Assembly: GCA_044222185.1 (NCBI GenBank)
Contig: JBGANV010000010.1
Location: 32,001 to 96,000 of the forward strand
Direction of reading: 5' to 3'
From: Planctomycetota bacterium
GTDB taxonomy: Bacteria > Planctomycetota > GCA-002687715 > CAIWVZ01
Length of the DNA stretch: 64,000 bases
In this document: positions 18,880 through 28,831 of the stretch, piece after piece
Position numbering within the stretch: position 1 is the stretch's first letter
How the letters are laid out: every line of letters begins with the position of its first letter
Position numbers and translations under genes: made by a program
The notes under the pieces: model-generated
Told to the model about the DNA's origin: nothing
The model's database searches: none
The model's input: the letters and a program-made list of their open reading frames with translations, nothing else

Positions 18880-19419
18880 GGAACGCCGCGTTTCGCGCGG
18901 CTGGATCGGCGGGGCTCCGGCCCAGCCGCGGACTGGCCGCGGGATGTCGCGCGATGGTGTGGTGTGCGGCGGGGGCTGTCAGCCACGCGGTGGTTCGTCG
19001 GCGATCAGGCGAGCCCGGAGGTCTCGCCATCCGACCGGGCTCCCTCGTCGGACTCGGGAATCCCGGCGTTCCGGAGCGCCGCGTTTCACGCGGCTGGATC
19101 GGCCGGGCTCCGGCCCGGCCGCGGACTGGCCGCGGGATGTCGCGCGGTGGTGTGGTGTGCGGCGAGGGCTGTCAGCCATGCGGTGGTTCGTCGGCGATCA
19201 GGCGAGCCCGGAGGTCTCGCCATCCAGCCGGGCTCCCTCGTCGGACTCGGGAATCCCGGCGTTCCGGCCCGGCCGCGGACTGGCCGCGGGAGGTCGCGCG
19301 ATGGTGTGGTGTGCGGCGAGGGCTGTCAGCCACGCGGGGGTTCGTCGGCGATCAGGCGAGCCCGGAGGTCTCGCCATCCGGCCGGGCTCCCTCGTCGGAC
19401 TCGGGAATCCCGGCGCTCC
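18880..19419. repeat. Three tandem REP/REPIN-like units (193, 193 and 5'-truncated 154 bp)
   Basis: Units 18880-19072, 19073-19265 and 19266-19419; bounded by GGA[A/G]CGCC and GGCG[T/C]TCC; near-identical interiors. Confidence 0.9.
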
Positions 19420-19443
19420 GGCGCGCGCTTGCGGCGCCTCGCC

Positions 19444-21846
19444 CTACAACTCCCCCGTCAGCGCCGCGAGGAAGAGGGGGAAGGTGGACCAGGTCTGGAA
19501 GCGGAAGAGCGGCGAGAACCCGAAGAGGTAGACGACGCCGCGACCGACGCGCACGCGGACGATGGCACCGCGGCGGGCGAGGAAGCGCGTGCCCTCGGCG
19601 TAACCGGCGAGGCGGAGGTCCTTGGTGTCACTCCACGAGGCGATCGTCTCGGCGACGATGAACGGGTCGCGCTCGCGCTCGTTCAGCCGGCGGAACGCCT
19701 TGCCTCCATCGAACATGGCCGGCACCCAGGTGCGGGGGAGTCCGAGCCACGTGGCGACGGGCGGGTTGATGTCGAGCCTGAGCAACGCACCGGGCACGTT
19801 GATCTCTCCGGGCTCGGTTTCGGTGACGGCGTTCACGACCGGGAGATTGAACTGCTTGATGGCGAAGGCCGTCGAGTCCTTCAGCGCGATGAGCGTTCCG
19901 CCCTGCTCGCGCACGAAGCGGTCGATCCACCGCGCGCCGGCGTCGCCGATGCCGCCCTTCACCTCGGGCGGCGTGGTCGACGAGGTGGCGCCATTCAAGA
20001 TCAGGTCCGTGGACAGGTCGGGCAGGATGAGGACCTTCGGTGCGAGGACGGGTTGGGACTCGGTCCCGTGGTCCGAGGCGAGTGTGCGGATCGCCGCCGT
20101 CGACAACGAGCGGATCTCGATCCCGAACTGATCGAAGAAGAAGCGCGTCCAGCCCTCGTCCATCGACGCGGTCCACGGCCGATAGACGGCGAACGCGCCG
20201 GGCTCCTTCGCGGCGAACGTGCGGGCGGCCTGAACCCCGCGAAGGATCACGTCCGAGCTCGTGTCGTCGGGACGGAGCTCGACCGCACCCGCCGCGTCGA
20301 CGAGTCGGATCGACGAGGCCAGGATCGCCCCGCGCTGCGCCGCCGGTACGAGCCTCACGTCGAGGTCGAGCAAGAGGCGCAGGTCGTGCGCTGTGACGTC
20401 GTAGGGTTTGCGGATGCGCCCACCGGGTCGATCGCGGACTTCCGGATAGGGTGCGCCGTCCAGCATCGCGCGTGCGAAGGCGAAATACGGTTGGGCCGAC
20501 GGGATGAAGAGCGCCGACGACTCGACGCGAGACTTCTGCACCTGCATGGGCCGCGTGGTCCGATAGACCTCGAGCCCCGCCAGCGCCATGATGTCCATGA
20601 GCTTGGACAGAGCGGCAACGGAGCTCTGCTGCGCCGGGATGATGAACCCTCCCAGCACCGGATCCGGCTCGCACGCCTTCTGGAAGACCCGATGGAAGTT
20701 GCGAAGCCACGTCTCCCGCTTGGCGCTCGCGTGTCGCAGAAGAGCGAAGGCCGCCTCGTCGTTGTACCGGACGATGTCGGCGAGGGTCCAGCGCTTGCCG
20801 ACCCACGCCGTGGGATCGGTCTCGGTCGGCTGTGACGAGGGCCGCGACGCCGAGCGCGACGTTGGTTTCACGTCGACGGACGACGCCTGCCGGCACGATG
20901 CAATCTCGGTCAGGATCCGAGCTCCGCCGTGGTAGTGCATGAACGCGCGACCCGGTGTCCAGCCGTCGAAGAGCTGGTTGCTGACGACACCCGTGCACCC
21001 GCGCTCGATGAGGTCCTTCCGCATCGACGCGCCCAAGTCCTCGATCTCCTCCACGAGGATCGGATCGACGTTCGGCTCGATGGGTGACTGGTAGGGGGGG
21101 ACGAAGATGCGGGGCCCGCTCTCGCCCATCTGGTGCATGTCGAGCACGATCTGCGGGCGCCACTTGTCGTGGATCTGCTCGACCGTCAGCCGCGACTCGA
21201 CCTGCGTCAGCATGAACCAGTCGCGGTTGTTGTCGTGACCGACGTAGCGGTTGTAGAGATCGGGCATCGGGCAGCCCTCGTAGGGCGTGCCGACCCATCG
21301 CCGATACCACCGGACCTGCTGGTTGTATCCGTCCGGGTTGTGTGAAGGAGTGAGGAGCAGAACCACGTCGTCGAGGACCTTCAGCCATGCGGGATCCTCG
21401 GTGGACGCCAGCATGTAGGCGATGTTCATCGTGGACTGGGTCGGTCCGACTTCGATGGAGTGGATCGACGCATTCAGGAGCACGATCGTCTTGCCGGACG
21501 CGATGATCGCCTCAGCTTCGGCGGCCTCGATCGCTCGCGGATCCGTCAGTCGAAGGTTGGCCTTGCGAATCTCCTCCAGACGCCTCAGGTTTTCCGGCGA
21601 CGAAATCGTCGCCATGCCGAACCCGAGGCCGTTCGTCGTCTGCCCGATGACCTCGAACCTCACCCGATTCGACACGGCGGCGAGCCGCTTGAAGTAGTCG
21701 ACGACCTGGTCGTAGTCCGCGAGTTTGCACTCCGCGCCCGGCTTGAACCCGAGCACCGATTCCGGCGTGGGGAGCTGCGGAGCCTGCGGCCGGGCCGCGT
21801 GAACGGCCAACATGAGTCCCAGGAGCAGACGTGTCGTGCGGGGCAT
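19444..21846 (-). CDS. Secreted M14-family zinc carboxypeptidase-like protein
   Basis: Signal peptide; LLNASIHSIE (HxxE), HNPDG, GHDNNRDW and LDMHQMG zinc/substrate motifs; C-terminal GATase-like region (DEGWTRFFFDQF). Confidence 0.9.
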   Translation of the reverse strand: MPRTTRLLLGLMLAVHAARPQAPQLPTPESVLGFKPGAECKLADYDQVVDYFKRLAAVSNRVRFEVIGQTTNGLGFGMATISSPENLRRLEEIRKANLRLTDPRAIEAAEAEAIIASGKTIVLLNASIHSIEVGPTQSTMNIAYMLASTEDPAWLKVLDDVVLLLTPSHNPDGYNQQVRWYRRWVGTPYEGCPMPDLYNRYVGHDNNRDWFMLTQVESRLTVEQIHDKWRPQIVLDMHQMGESGPRIFVPPYQSPIEPNVDPILVEEIEDLGASMRKDLIERGCTGVVSNQLFDGWTPGRAFMHYHGGARILTEIASCRQASSVDVKPTSRSASRPSSQPTETDPTAWVGKRWTLADIVRYNDEAAFALLRHASAKRETWLRNFHRVFQKACEPDPVLGGFIIPAQQSSVAALSKLMDIMALAGLEVYRTTRPMQVQKSRVESSALFIPSAQPYFAFARAMLDGAPYPEVRDRPGGRIRKPYDVTAHDLRLLLDLDVRLVPAAQRGAILASSIRLVDAAGAVELRPDDTSSDVILRGVQAARTFAAKEPGAFAVYRPWTASMDEGWTRFFFDQFGIEIRSLSTAAIRTLASDHGTESQPVLAPKVLILPDLSTDLILNGATSSTTPPEVKGGIGDAGARWIDRFVREQGGTLIALKDSTAFAIKQFNLPVVNAVTETEPGEINVPGALLRLDINPPVATWLGLPRTWVPAMFDGGKAFRRLNERERDPFIVAETIASWSDTKDLRLAGYAEGTRFLARRGAIVRVRVGRGVVYLFGFSPLFRFQTWSTFPLFLAALTGEL

Positions 21847-21941
21847 GGCGCAGAGAGTATCACCAATCCCGCGCTCGGACGCCGGTTCTTGCCGCGCTCC
21901 CAGCCGGGATCGGACCTTCAGCGGCTCCAGGCGCCTGATCG

Positions 21942-22829
21942 ATGGTGACAGGGAGGAATTGCCGTCGCCGTGCGGCGACCGCCCGGAATTTCGTGCAAGC
22001 GCTCATCACTGAACTCCGATCACGGTTGCGAGCCGGAACCATCGAGGTGCCCGTGCTCGGAAGCGTGGCTCTGGAGATCCTGTCGCTCGTCACGGCGGAA
22101 GGATCGACGGCCAAGCAGCTGTCCGACGTGGTCCACCGCGATCCGGCTCTCGCAGCCCAGGTGATGCGGATTGCGAACTCGGCGATGTTCAGCCCGCTCG
22201 AACCGGTGCGCTCACTGAACGAAGCCGTCACGCGTCTGGGATTCGGAACCCTGCGCGACGTGGCCGTCGCCTCGTCCGTCCGGTCGAAGGTGTTCTCGTT
22301 CGGTGAGTTCGCCGACGTCGCGCGCGATCTGTGGCGGCACTCGCTCGCGACGGCGGCCATCGCCCGCGAACTGGGACGCCGCCAGACCGGCGATGGCGGA
22401 ACGGCGTTCCTCTGCGGTTTGCTCCACGATCTCGGCAAGGCCGTGGCGCTTCGCGTCGTCGCCAAGTTCATCGAGGATCCGGTGGGACGTCGGGGCAACG
22501 ACGAGATCTGGCGGATCGCCGACGACTCGCACGGCGAGGTGGGCGCCCACGTCGCGCACGCGTGGAAGCTCCCGCCCGAGGTCGTGGATGCCATCGAGAA
22601 CCATCACCACTGGCGCGAGTCGCGGGGTGATCAGTCGCTGTGTGCGATCACCACGCTGGCGAACGACTACGCACACCAGATGTGGCCGATTCCCGAGGCC
22701 GAGCACGAACCTCTCGACGGCAAGGAGGAGCACGTGATCATGCGTGCCGTGGGAATCCCCCTCAGCGCCGTCTCGCGCGTGTTCGATCTGCGAGCCGTGG
22801 TCGAGGCGCTGGTCGTCGCGATCGGATAG
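21942..22829 (+). CDS. Stand-alone HDOD-domain protein (start uncertain)
   Basis: DPALAAQVMRIANSAMF, EAVTRLG, LWRHSLATA, AFLCGLLHDLGK, HGEVGA.VA.AWKLP...AIENHH. Confidence 0.9.
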   Translation: MVTGRNCRRRAATARNFVQALITELRSRLRAGTIEVPVLGSVALEILSLVTAEGSTAKQLSDVVHRDPALAAQVMRIANSAMFSPLEPVRSLNEAVTRLGFGTLRDVAVASSVRSKVFSFGEFADVARDLWRHSLATAAIARELGRRQTGDGGTAFLCGLLHDLGKAVALRVVAKFIEDPVGRRGNDEIWRIADDSHGEVGAHVAHAWKLPPEVVDAIENHHHWRESRGDQSLCAITTLANDYAHQMWPIPEAEHEPLDGKEEHVIMRAVGIPLSAVSRVFDLRAVVEALVVAIG

Positions 22830-22857
22830 CTCGCCCTGGCGTCGAGACGCGCCGGAT

Positions 22858-24384
22858 CTACCCGCGAAATCGCTGGATCACGGCGTCTGCGCGGCCCAGG
22901 TCGGCAGCAGAGACGACGTCCGTGAGCAGCCGCGGGAGACGTCTCCGCAGGGCGTCGTCGGCCGTGCGGGCCCACTCGTGTCGCGCAAGCCACGCGATCT
23001 CGGCTTCCGACTCGGGGAGCGTCGGTCCCAGCGGATCGAAGCCCAGGCCCAGTGCGCGGGCCTCGCGAGCGAGACTCTCGGCTTCACCACCGAACCGCCG
23101 GACGAGGCGCTCGGCGAGGGCACCTTCGAGCGCGTACGTCGCGACGAGTTCGGCGATCGATCGAGCCGGCCCCGTGGTTCCGCCTGGCAGGCACGTCTTG
23201 CGGCTGAGCGACCCGTCGTCGAGCGTGCGGCGCGCCGTCGGCGCCGCGACCTCGACGAGTTCGCGCGCGATCAACCGCCACGTGGTGAGCTTCCCGCCGA
23301 CCACGTGAACGACGCCCCTGGGTTCTTCGAACACGCTTTGCTCGCGGCTGGTCTTCGACGGTTCTGCGGCGGAGTCCCGGGCGAGCGTGCGCACGCCGCA
23401 GAACGCCGAGATCACGTCGCTGCGCCGAAACGGTGCGCCTCGGAAGACCTGGTTCGCCTCGTCGATCAGCCACTGCACGTCGCGCTCGGCCACGGGCGGG
23501 TCGCCGGGTTCGCCGTCGTGGTCGCGATCCGTCGTCCCCACGAGCATGCGGCCTTCGAAGGGGATCGCGAAGAACACCCGGCCGTCGGAGCGGGCCGTCA
23601 GCGTCAACGCGTGGCCGACGAGCCGCTGCGGCAACATGACGTGGGCGCCGCTCGTCAGTCTCGCGCGGGACTCGGGGGACGCGGAGACACGGCGCCGAAA
23701 CGAATCCGAGAACGGCCCCACGGCAGCGATGATCGCGCGAGCCCGAACCTCGGCCGTACCTCCGCACTCGGCATCGCGCAGGGTGACGCGGAATTCATCG
23801 GGCGGGCCCCCGCGCACGTCGCAAGCTTCGGCGCGCGTCAGGATCGTCGCGCCGCGCTGCGCGGCCGCCCGTGCGACGAGCGCCACGAGGCGCGAATCGA
23901 AGACCTGGTAGTCGAAGTACCGTCCAGTGCCGCGCAAGCCCGTGGTGACCAGCGCCGGCTCGGCGGTGGCCGTTTCGTTCGGGCTCAGCCAGTCGCGCCG
24001 CAGTGCGGTGTGCGACCTCGCCAAGAGATCGTACAGGAGCAGTCCCGTGCGAAGGCGCAGCGGTCCCAACCGTCCCCCTCGAAACACGGGGGCGAGAAAC
24101 GGAAGCGGTCGTACGAGGTGGGGCGCGAGTTCGTGCTGAACGGCCCGCTCCCGCAGCGCCTGCCTCACGAGTGAGATCTCGAGGCGTTCGAGGTATCGGA
24201 TTCCGCCATGGACGAGCTTGCTGGATCGGCTCGACGTCTCGAAGCCGAGATCCGATCGTTCGACGAGGCAGACGCTCCAGCCGTTCAGCGCGGCTTCGCG
24301 CGCTGCACCGACGCCGAAGATGCCGCCGCCGACGACCAGGAGATCGAAGCTCCGATCCGCAGCCTGCTGAAATCGTGCCGTCAC
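22858..24384 (-). CDS. glpD: FAD-dependent glycerol-3-phosphate dehydrogenase
   Basis: DLLVVGGGIFG, TSSRSSKLVHGGIRYLE, FDYQVFDSRL, VGTTD, GGKLTTWR. Confidence 0.92.
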   Translation of the reverse strand: MTARFQQAADRSFDLLVVGGGIFGVGAAREAALNGWSVCLVERSDLGFETSSRSSKLVHGGIRYLERLEISLVRQALRERAVQHELAPHLVRPLPFLAPVFRGGRLGPLRLRTGLLLYDLLARSHTALRRDWLSPNETATAEPALVTTGLRGTGRYFDYQVFDSRLVALVARAAAQRGATILTRAEACDVRGGPPDEFRVTLRDAECGGTAEVRARAIIAAVGPFSDSFRRRVSASPESRARLTSGAHVMLPQRLVGHALTLTARSDGRVFFAIPFEGRMLVGTTDRDHDGEPGDPPVAERDVQWLIDEANQVFRGAPFRRSDVISAFCGVRTLARDSAAEPSKTSREQSVFEEPRGVVHVVGGKLTTWRLIARELVEVAAPTARRTLDDGSLSRKTCLPGGTTGPARSIAELVATYALEGALAERLVRRFGGEAESLAREARALGLGFDPLGPTLPESEAEIAWLARHEWARTADDALRRRLPRLLTDVVSAADLGRADAVIQRFRG

Positions 24385-24435
24385 GACACGCAGTCTATCG
24401 GCGTTCGGCGTGGCCCGCGTGCAGCGCGTTCGCCG

Positions 24436-25737
24436 TCAAGGGGCTGCGTCGCCGGCGAACGTCCCGAACGCAGCGTCGTAGTCGACGGCAGCGGCAGAGA
24501 GCGCAAGCTCGGCTTCGACGACGGCCAAGCGGGAGTCGGCCTCCGCGCGGGCCGCCTCGAGCCAGTCGGCGAACCTGCCGCTGCCCGCGCGAAACAGCTT
24601 CTCGGCGGCATCCACGAGTGCGTGCTTGCGCTCGGAGGCTGCGCGGTGGCGCGCGAGGATCTCCTCGGCAGCCGCGACGGCGTCGTCGGCGATGACCGCC
24701 TCGCGGACGACGTCACGCGCGGTCCTGCGGAGCTCAGCTGCGGCGCCCAACAGGGCGGCGCGGGTGCCCTCTTCGACTTCGGCTCCTGAATCGAAGATGG
24801 GAAGAGCGAGCGTGACCTCGCCCACACCGCGGTTCTCTCCGTCGATGCGGCGGTAACCGAAGGAGAGCGCTGGAAGGAGCGCCACGCGCGACGCAGCAAG
24901 CTGGAGCCGAGCGAGTGCCGCGTCGTAGCCGGCCCGTGCCTCGGCGGTTTCGGGGCGGCGCGCGGTCGCGCGTTCGAGGCGCTCCTCCATGGGCGTCGCG
25001 CGATCGATGGGCGCTGCCGTCGGAACATCGTCGGTCTGGATCGGAACCGGTCGCTCCATGCCGATCGCGAAGGCGAGTGAGATCTCCTGGGCCCGCGCGT
25101 CGAGCTGCGCCTTCGTCTCCTCGGACTGCGCGTCGGCCAGGTCGACCTCGGCTCGCGTCACGTCGATTCGCGGAGCGAGGCCTGCGCCGGCGAAACGGCG
25201 CGCGGCGTCCATTGCTTTCGTCGCTGCGGCGACGCGGTCGCTTGCGAGCGCGCGGCGACGGCGCGCGGCGAGCAAACCGTCGTAGGCGCGGCGTACGGAG
25301 ACTTCGAGATCGGATCGCTCCTTGCGGAGCCGTGCGATCTCCGACCGCAGCTCTGCCGAGGCGATCGCCTCCTCGTACGGTCGTGCCAGGAGCTTCTCCA
25401 ACGCGTAGCCCAGGCTGAACGTCTGCTGGACCGGTGATGGCGCGCCACCGAGCGCGAAGTCCTCCCACGACGCCGTGAGCTCGGGATTGGGTAGAAGTCC
25501 CGCCTGGCGCGCGGCGGATCGGGCCATGCGGAGCCGTGCCTCCCAGGCTGCGACCGTCGGCGCGCTCTGGAGCGCGAGCTCGACGCATCGCGCCCTGGTC
25601 AGCGGGCCTGCAGCGACCTCGGCTCCATGGCCGGGCGCGATTGTCGGCTCGGTGACGGTCCCGCAGCTCGCGACCGCGATGGCGATCGCGAGCCGCGCGG
25701 CGAAGGCGCGGAGCGCCCGTCGACGATCACGCCACAT
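24436..25737 (-). CDS. TolC-family outer-membrane efflux lipoprotein
   Basis: Lipobox AVASC; PNPEL motif; LALPIFD; helical OEP repeats; follows the RND permease. Confidence 0.88.
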   Translation of the reverse strand: MWRDRRRALRAFAARLAIAIAVASCGTVTEPTIAPGHGAEVAAGPLTRARCVELALQSAPTVAAWEARLRMARSAARQAGLLPNPELTASWEDFALGGAPSPVQQTFSLGYALEKLLARPYEEAIASAELRSEIARLRKERSDLEVSVRRAYDGLLAARRRRALASDRVAAATKAMDAARRFAGAGLAPRIDVTRAEVDLADAQSEETKAQLDARAQEISLAFAIGMERPVPIQTDDVPTAAPIDRATPMEERLERATARRPETAEARAGYDAALARLQLAASRVALLPALSFGYRRIDGENRGVGEVTLALPIFDSGAEVEEGTRAALLGAAAELRRTARDVVREAVIADDAVAAAEEILARHRAASERKHALVDAAEKLFRAGSGRFADWLEAARAEADSRLAVVEAELALSAAAVDYDAAFGTFAGDAAP

Positions 25738-28700
25738 CGTCTGCCTCCGGGTTCAAGCTTCCGCGCGCGAGGGTCGCGCAGCCCAAGGGCACGACGATCA
25801 GCGTGAAGATCGTGGAGACGACGAGTCCCCCGATGACGGCGATGGCGAGGGGCCGCTGCAGTTCGGAACCGGTTCCGAATTTCAGCGCGAGAGGTACGAG
25901 TCCGGCGATGGCCGCGAGCGTCGTCATGAGGATCGGCCGCAGCCGCACGCGCGCCGCCTCGATCACGGCCTCGATGTCCGACATCCCGTCGCGTCGAAGC
26001 TGCTGCGCCGACTCGATCATGATGATTCCGTTCTTCACGACGAGTCCCACGAGCATGATGAGGCCCATCCCCGAGCTCACGTTCAGCGCGACGCCCGAGA
26101 GCTTCAACGCATACAGCCCTCCCAGCTGACCGAACGGCAGCGTCAGGAACATCACGGCGGGCAGGCGAAGAGAGCGGAACTGCGCAACGAGGAGCAGGAA
26201 CACGAGGCCAGCGCCGATGCCGCATACGAGCATCATGTTCGCGAACGTGTCCTTCTGGCTCGCGGCCTGACCACCGAACTCGACGCGAACGGACGGGTCC
26301 CTCGGGATCGCGAGCACGGCCTTTTCGACGGCGGCCGCCGCCGATCCCAGGTCGCGCCCGGAGACCGCGGCGGTGACCGTGACCATGGGCGTCTGGTTCT
26401 CGCGGGCGAGCTCGTTCTCGTTCAGCGTACGTTCGAACGTGGCGAGGGATGAGATGGGCACGACGCCGAGGCCGTCGCCGGACCTGGGCGCGGGAAGCAT
26501 CACCGTCGGCGGCGCGTCCGTCGTCGCGCGCGGCGATCTCCACGCGTCTCCGACGCGCACGCGGACGTCGACGAAGATGTCCCGCTGCTGGAGCCTCGTG
26601 GCCACGATGCCGACGAGCTGTGCGGTGGTCTCCTCGGCGATGGCGGCGTTGGTGAGGTTCACCCGGGCGGTCTCGTAGGGGTTGGGGCGCCAGCGCAGTT
26701 CGGGGCTCCCGAACGAGACACCGCTTGCGACGTCGACGACTCCCGGAATCGATTCGAGTGCGTGCTCGACGTCGGCAGCCGCGGCCTGCAGCGTCTTGTA
26801 GTCCGAACCGAGGAGCTTCACTTCGATCGGTTCGGGATTGCCCGCCAGGTCGTTGATCGTGTCCTCGATCGCCTGCACGAACTCGAATTCGGACTGCGGC
26901 ACTTCGACGGCGAGCCGCTCGCGAAGATCGTCCATGACCTCGGCGATGCTCCGGTTGCGTTCCTCGCGAGGCTTCAGACCGATGAGGAAGTCGCCCGTGA
27001 ATTGTTCCGTCGCGAAGAAGCCCAGCTCTGCGCCCGTGCGCCTGGAGAACGATCGGATCTCGCCCACGCTCGCGAGGATCGCTTCCACGCGCCGGCATGC
27101 GGCATCCGTCTCGGCGAGGCTGGATCCCACGGGCAAGGTGTAATCGAGAACGAACCCGCCCTCGTCCATCTGGGGGAAGAGCCCCGTTTCCGTCTCGCCG
27201 AGTCCCGCGAACCCGGCGACGAGCACGGCTGCGCAGAAGATCCACGCGACCGTTCGATGGCCCAGCACCCCGCGGGCGAAACCTCCGTAACGGTCCTGCA
27301 GCCAGGTCATCCAACGCCGGGGCTTCGGCGCACGCGGCATGCCGATCCTCGTCGCGAGCAGGAGCGGCGCATAGACGAGCGATACGACCGCGGAGGCGAC
27401 GATGCTGACGCCGAGCGCCAGGCTCAGGCTCCGGAAGAATTGGCCGACGACGCCTTCGAGCAGGACCAGCGGCAGGAACACCACGACCGTCGTCAACGAC
27501 GATCCGACCACGGCGCCAAAGACCTCCGTCACGGCATGACCGATGACGCGCAGGCGCTCCGCGCTGGCGGATCCCGCCTTTTGGAGTCGTCGGGCCACGT
27601 TCTCCGTCGTGACGATGGCGTCGTCGATGACGAAGCCGATGGCGACCGCGAGCCCGCCCAGGCTCATCAGGTTCAGCGATTCGCCCATGAGCGGGAACAT
27701 GGCGATCGTGAGTGCGACGGACACCGGGATCGCGAGGCCCGCCACGATCGTCATTCGGAGGTCGCCGAGGAACACGGCGATCACGAGGATCGAGAGCAGC
27801 GCGCCGAGTCCGATGGCGTCCTCCACTCCCGCCACGGCGTCGTTCACCAGGGTCGCCTGGTCGTAGACGGTTTCGATGGACCCGCCGCCGGGGACGTGGG
27901 GGCGTTCGTCCGCGAGGATCGCGGCCACGTCGCGCGAGAGATCCGTGACTTTCCCTCCGTCACGAAGGAAGACGCTCACGACGGTCGCATCGACGCCCCC
28001 GCCGGTGACGATCGTCGTCTGCTCCGCCGTCGTTTCGACGATCGAGCCCAGGTCGGCGAGTCGGACCGGTTCGTCGTTTTCGCGTGCGACCGCCACGTCG
28101 CCGAGCTGCGAGGGATGTTCCACCAGGCCGTCGACGAGGATCTGGTATTGCAGGCCCTCTGCGGACGATCGGCCCACGGACGCCTGGACGTTGGCGTTGG
28201 CGAGCGCATCGACCACCTGCTTCGCCGAGATTCCGGTCGCCGCGAGTCGGACGGGGTCGGCCTCGAATACGTACTCGCGGCGGTCACCGGACTGCACGGT
28301 CACCATGAACGCATCGGGCAGGCGCGCGAGCCGCGGCCGCAGGTTCAGCTCGCACCATTCCGCGAGGCGGGCACGCGCGACGGGGTTCTTCGCATCGCCC
28401 CGGCCCGGGAGCACGTTGAAGCTCATCACCGGGAACACGGCGGGAGTCTGCTGTTCGATGGTCACCTTGCAGTCGGCGGGCAGTGCTGCACCTGCGACGC
28501 GAGCCCGCACGAGGGCGAGGGCATCGCGCATCTCGACCGTCGGGCGGAAGTCCAGCGAGAACTCGCTCGCGCCACGGATGGTCTTCGACCGGACTCGTTG
28601 GAGGTCGGGCACTGCGCTGACCGCCTGTTCGATGGGCCGTGTGACCTCGAGGAGCATGCCTCGGACGGGGTTCTCACCACGCTCGACGATCACGGCGATG

Positions 28701-28831
28701 CGCGCGAACGCGACGCGGGGGTAGATGCTGCGAGACGACGTGAACGTGGCGCGCACGCCGGCCGCAGCGAGCAGCGCGAGAAGGACGAACAGCGCCCGAC
28801 GGTGCGGGCGCGCGCGCTCGACGATCCTCAC
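25727..28831 (-). CDS. RND efflux permease (CusA/CzcA-AcrB superfamily)
   Basis: 1034 aa; NLMSLGGLAVAIGFVIDDAIVTTEN; RLRPILMTTLAAIAGLVPLA; GSELQRPLAIAVIGGL. Confidence 0.95.
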   Translation of the reverse strand: MRIVERARPHRRALFVLLALLAAAGVRATFTSSRSIYPRVAFARIAVIVERGENPVRGMLLEVTRPIEQAVSAVPDLQRVRSKTIRGASEFSLDFRPTVEMRDALALVRARVAGAALPADCKVTIEQQTPAVFPVMSFNVLPGRGDAKNPVARARLAEWCELNLRPRLARLPDAFMVTVQSGDRREYVFEADPVRLAATGISAKQVVDALANANVQASVGRSSAEGLQYQILVDGLVEHPSQLGDVAVARENDEPVRLADLGSIVETTAEQTTIVTGGGVDATVVSVFLRDGGKVTDLSRDVAAILADERPHVPGGGSIETVYDQATLVNDAVAGVEDAIGLGALLSILVIAVFLGDLRMTIVAGLAIPVSVALTIAMFPLMGESLNLMSLGGLAVAIGFVIDDAIVTTENVARRLQKAGSASAERLRVIGHAVTEVFGAVVGSSLTTVVVFLPLVLLEGVVGQFFRSLSLALGVSIVASAVVSLVYAPLLLATRIGMPRAPKPRRWMTWLQDRYGGFARGVLGHRTVAWIFCAAVLVAGFAGLGETETGLFPQMDEGGFVLDYTLPVGSSLAETDAACRRVEAILASVGEIRSFSRRTGAELGFFATEQFTGDFLIGLKPREERNRSIAEVMDDLRERLAVEVPQSEFEFVQAIEDTINDLAGNPEPIEVKLLGSDYKTLQAAAADVEHALESIPGVVDVASGVSFGSPELRWRPNPYETARVNLTNAAIAEETTAQLVGIVATRLQQRDIFVDVRVRVGDAWRSPRATTDAPPTVMLPAPRSGDGLGVVPISSLATFERTLNENELARENQTPMVTVTAAVSGRDLGSAAAAVEKAVLAIPRDPSVRVEFGGQAASQKDTFANMMLVCGIGAGLVFLLLVAQFRSLRLPAVMFLTLPFGQLGGLYALKLSGVALNVSSGMGLIMLVGLVVKNGIIMIESAQQLRRDGMSDIEAVIEAARVRLRPILMTTLAAIAGLVPLALKFGTGSELQRPLAIAVIGGLVVSTIFTLIVVPLGCATLARGSLNPEADDVA

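Noticed and set aside
9352-19419. CRISPR interpretation of the tandem repeat arrays
   Set aside because: Units are 154-193 bp and near-identical along their length, with no unique spacers and no cas genes in the window.
18643-20835. Long plus-strand ORFs (730, 323 and 254 aa) across the repeat array
   Set aside because: They are translations of GC-rich repeats and antisense shadows of the M14 gene, with no domain motifs.
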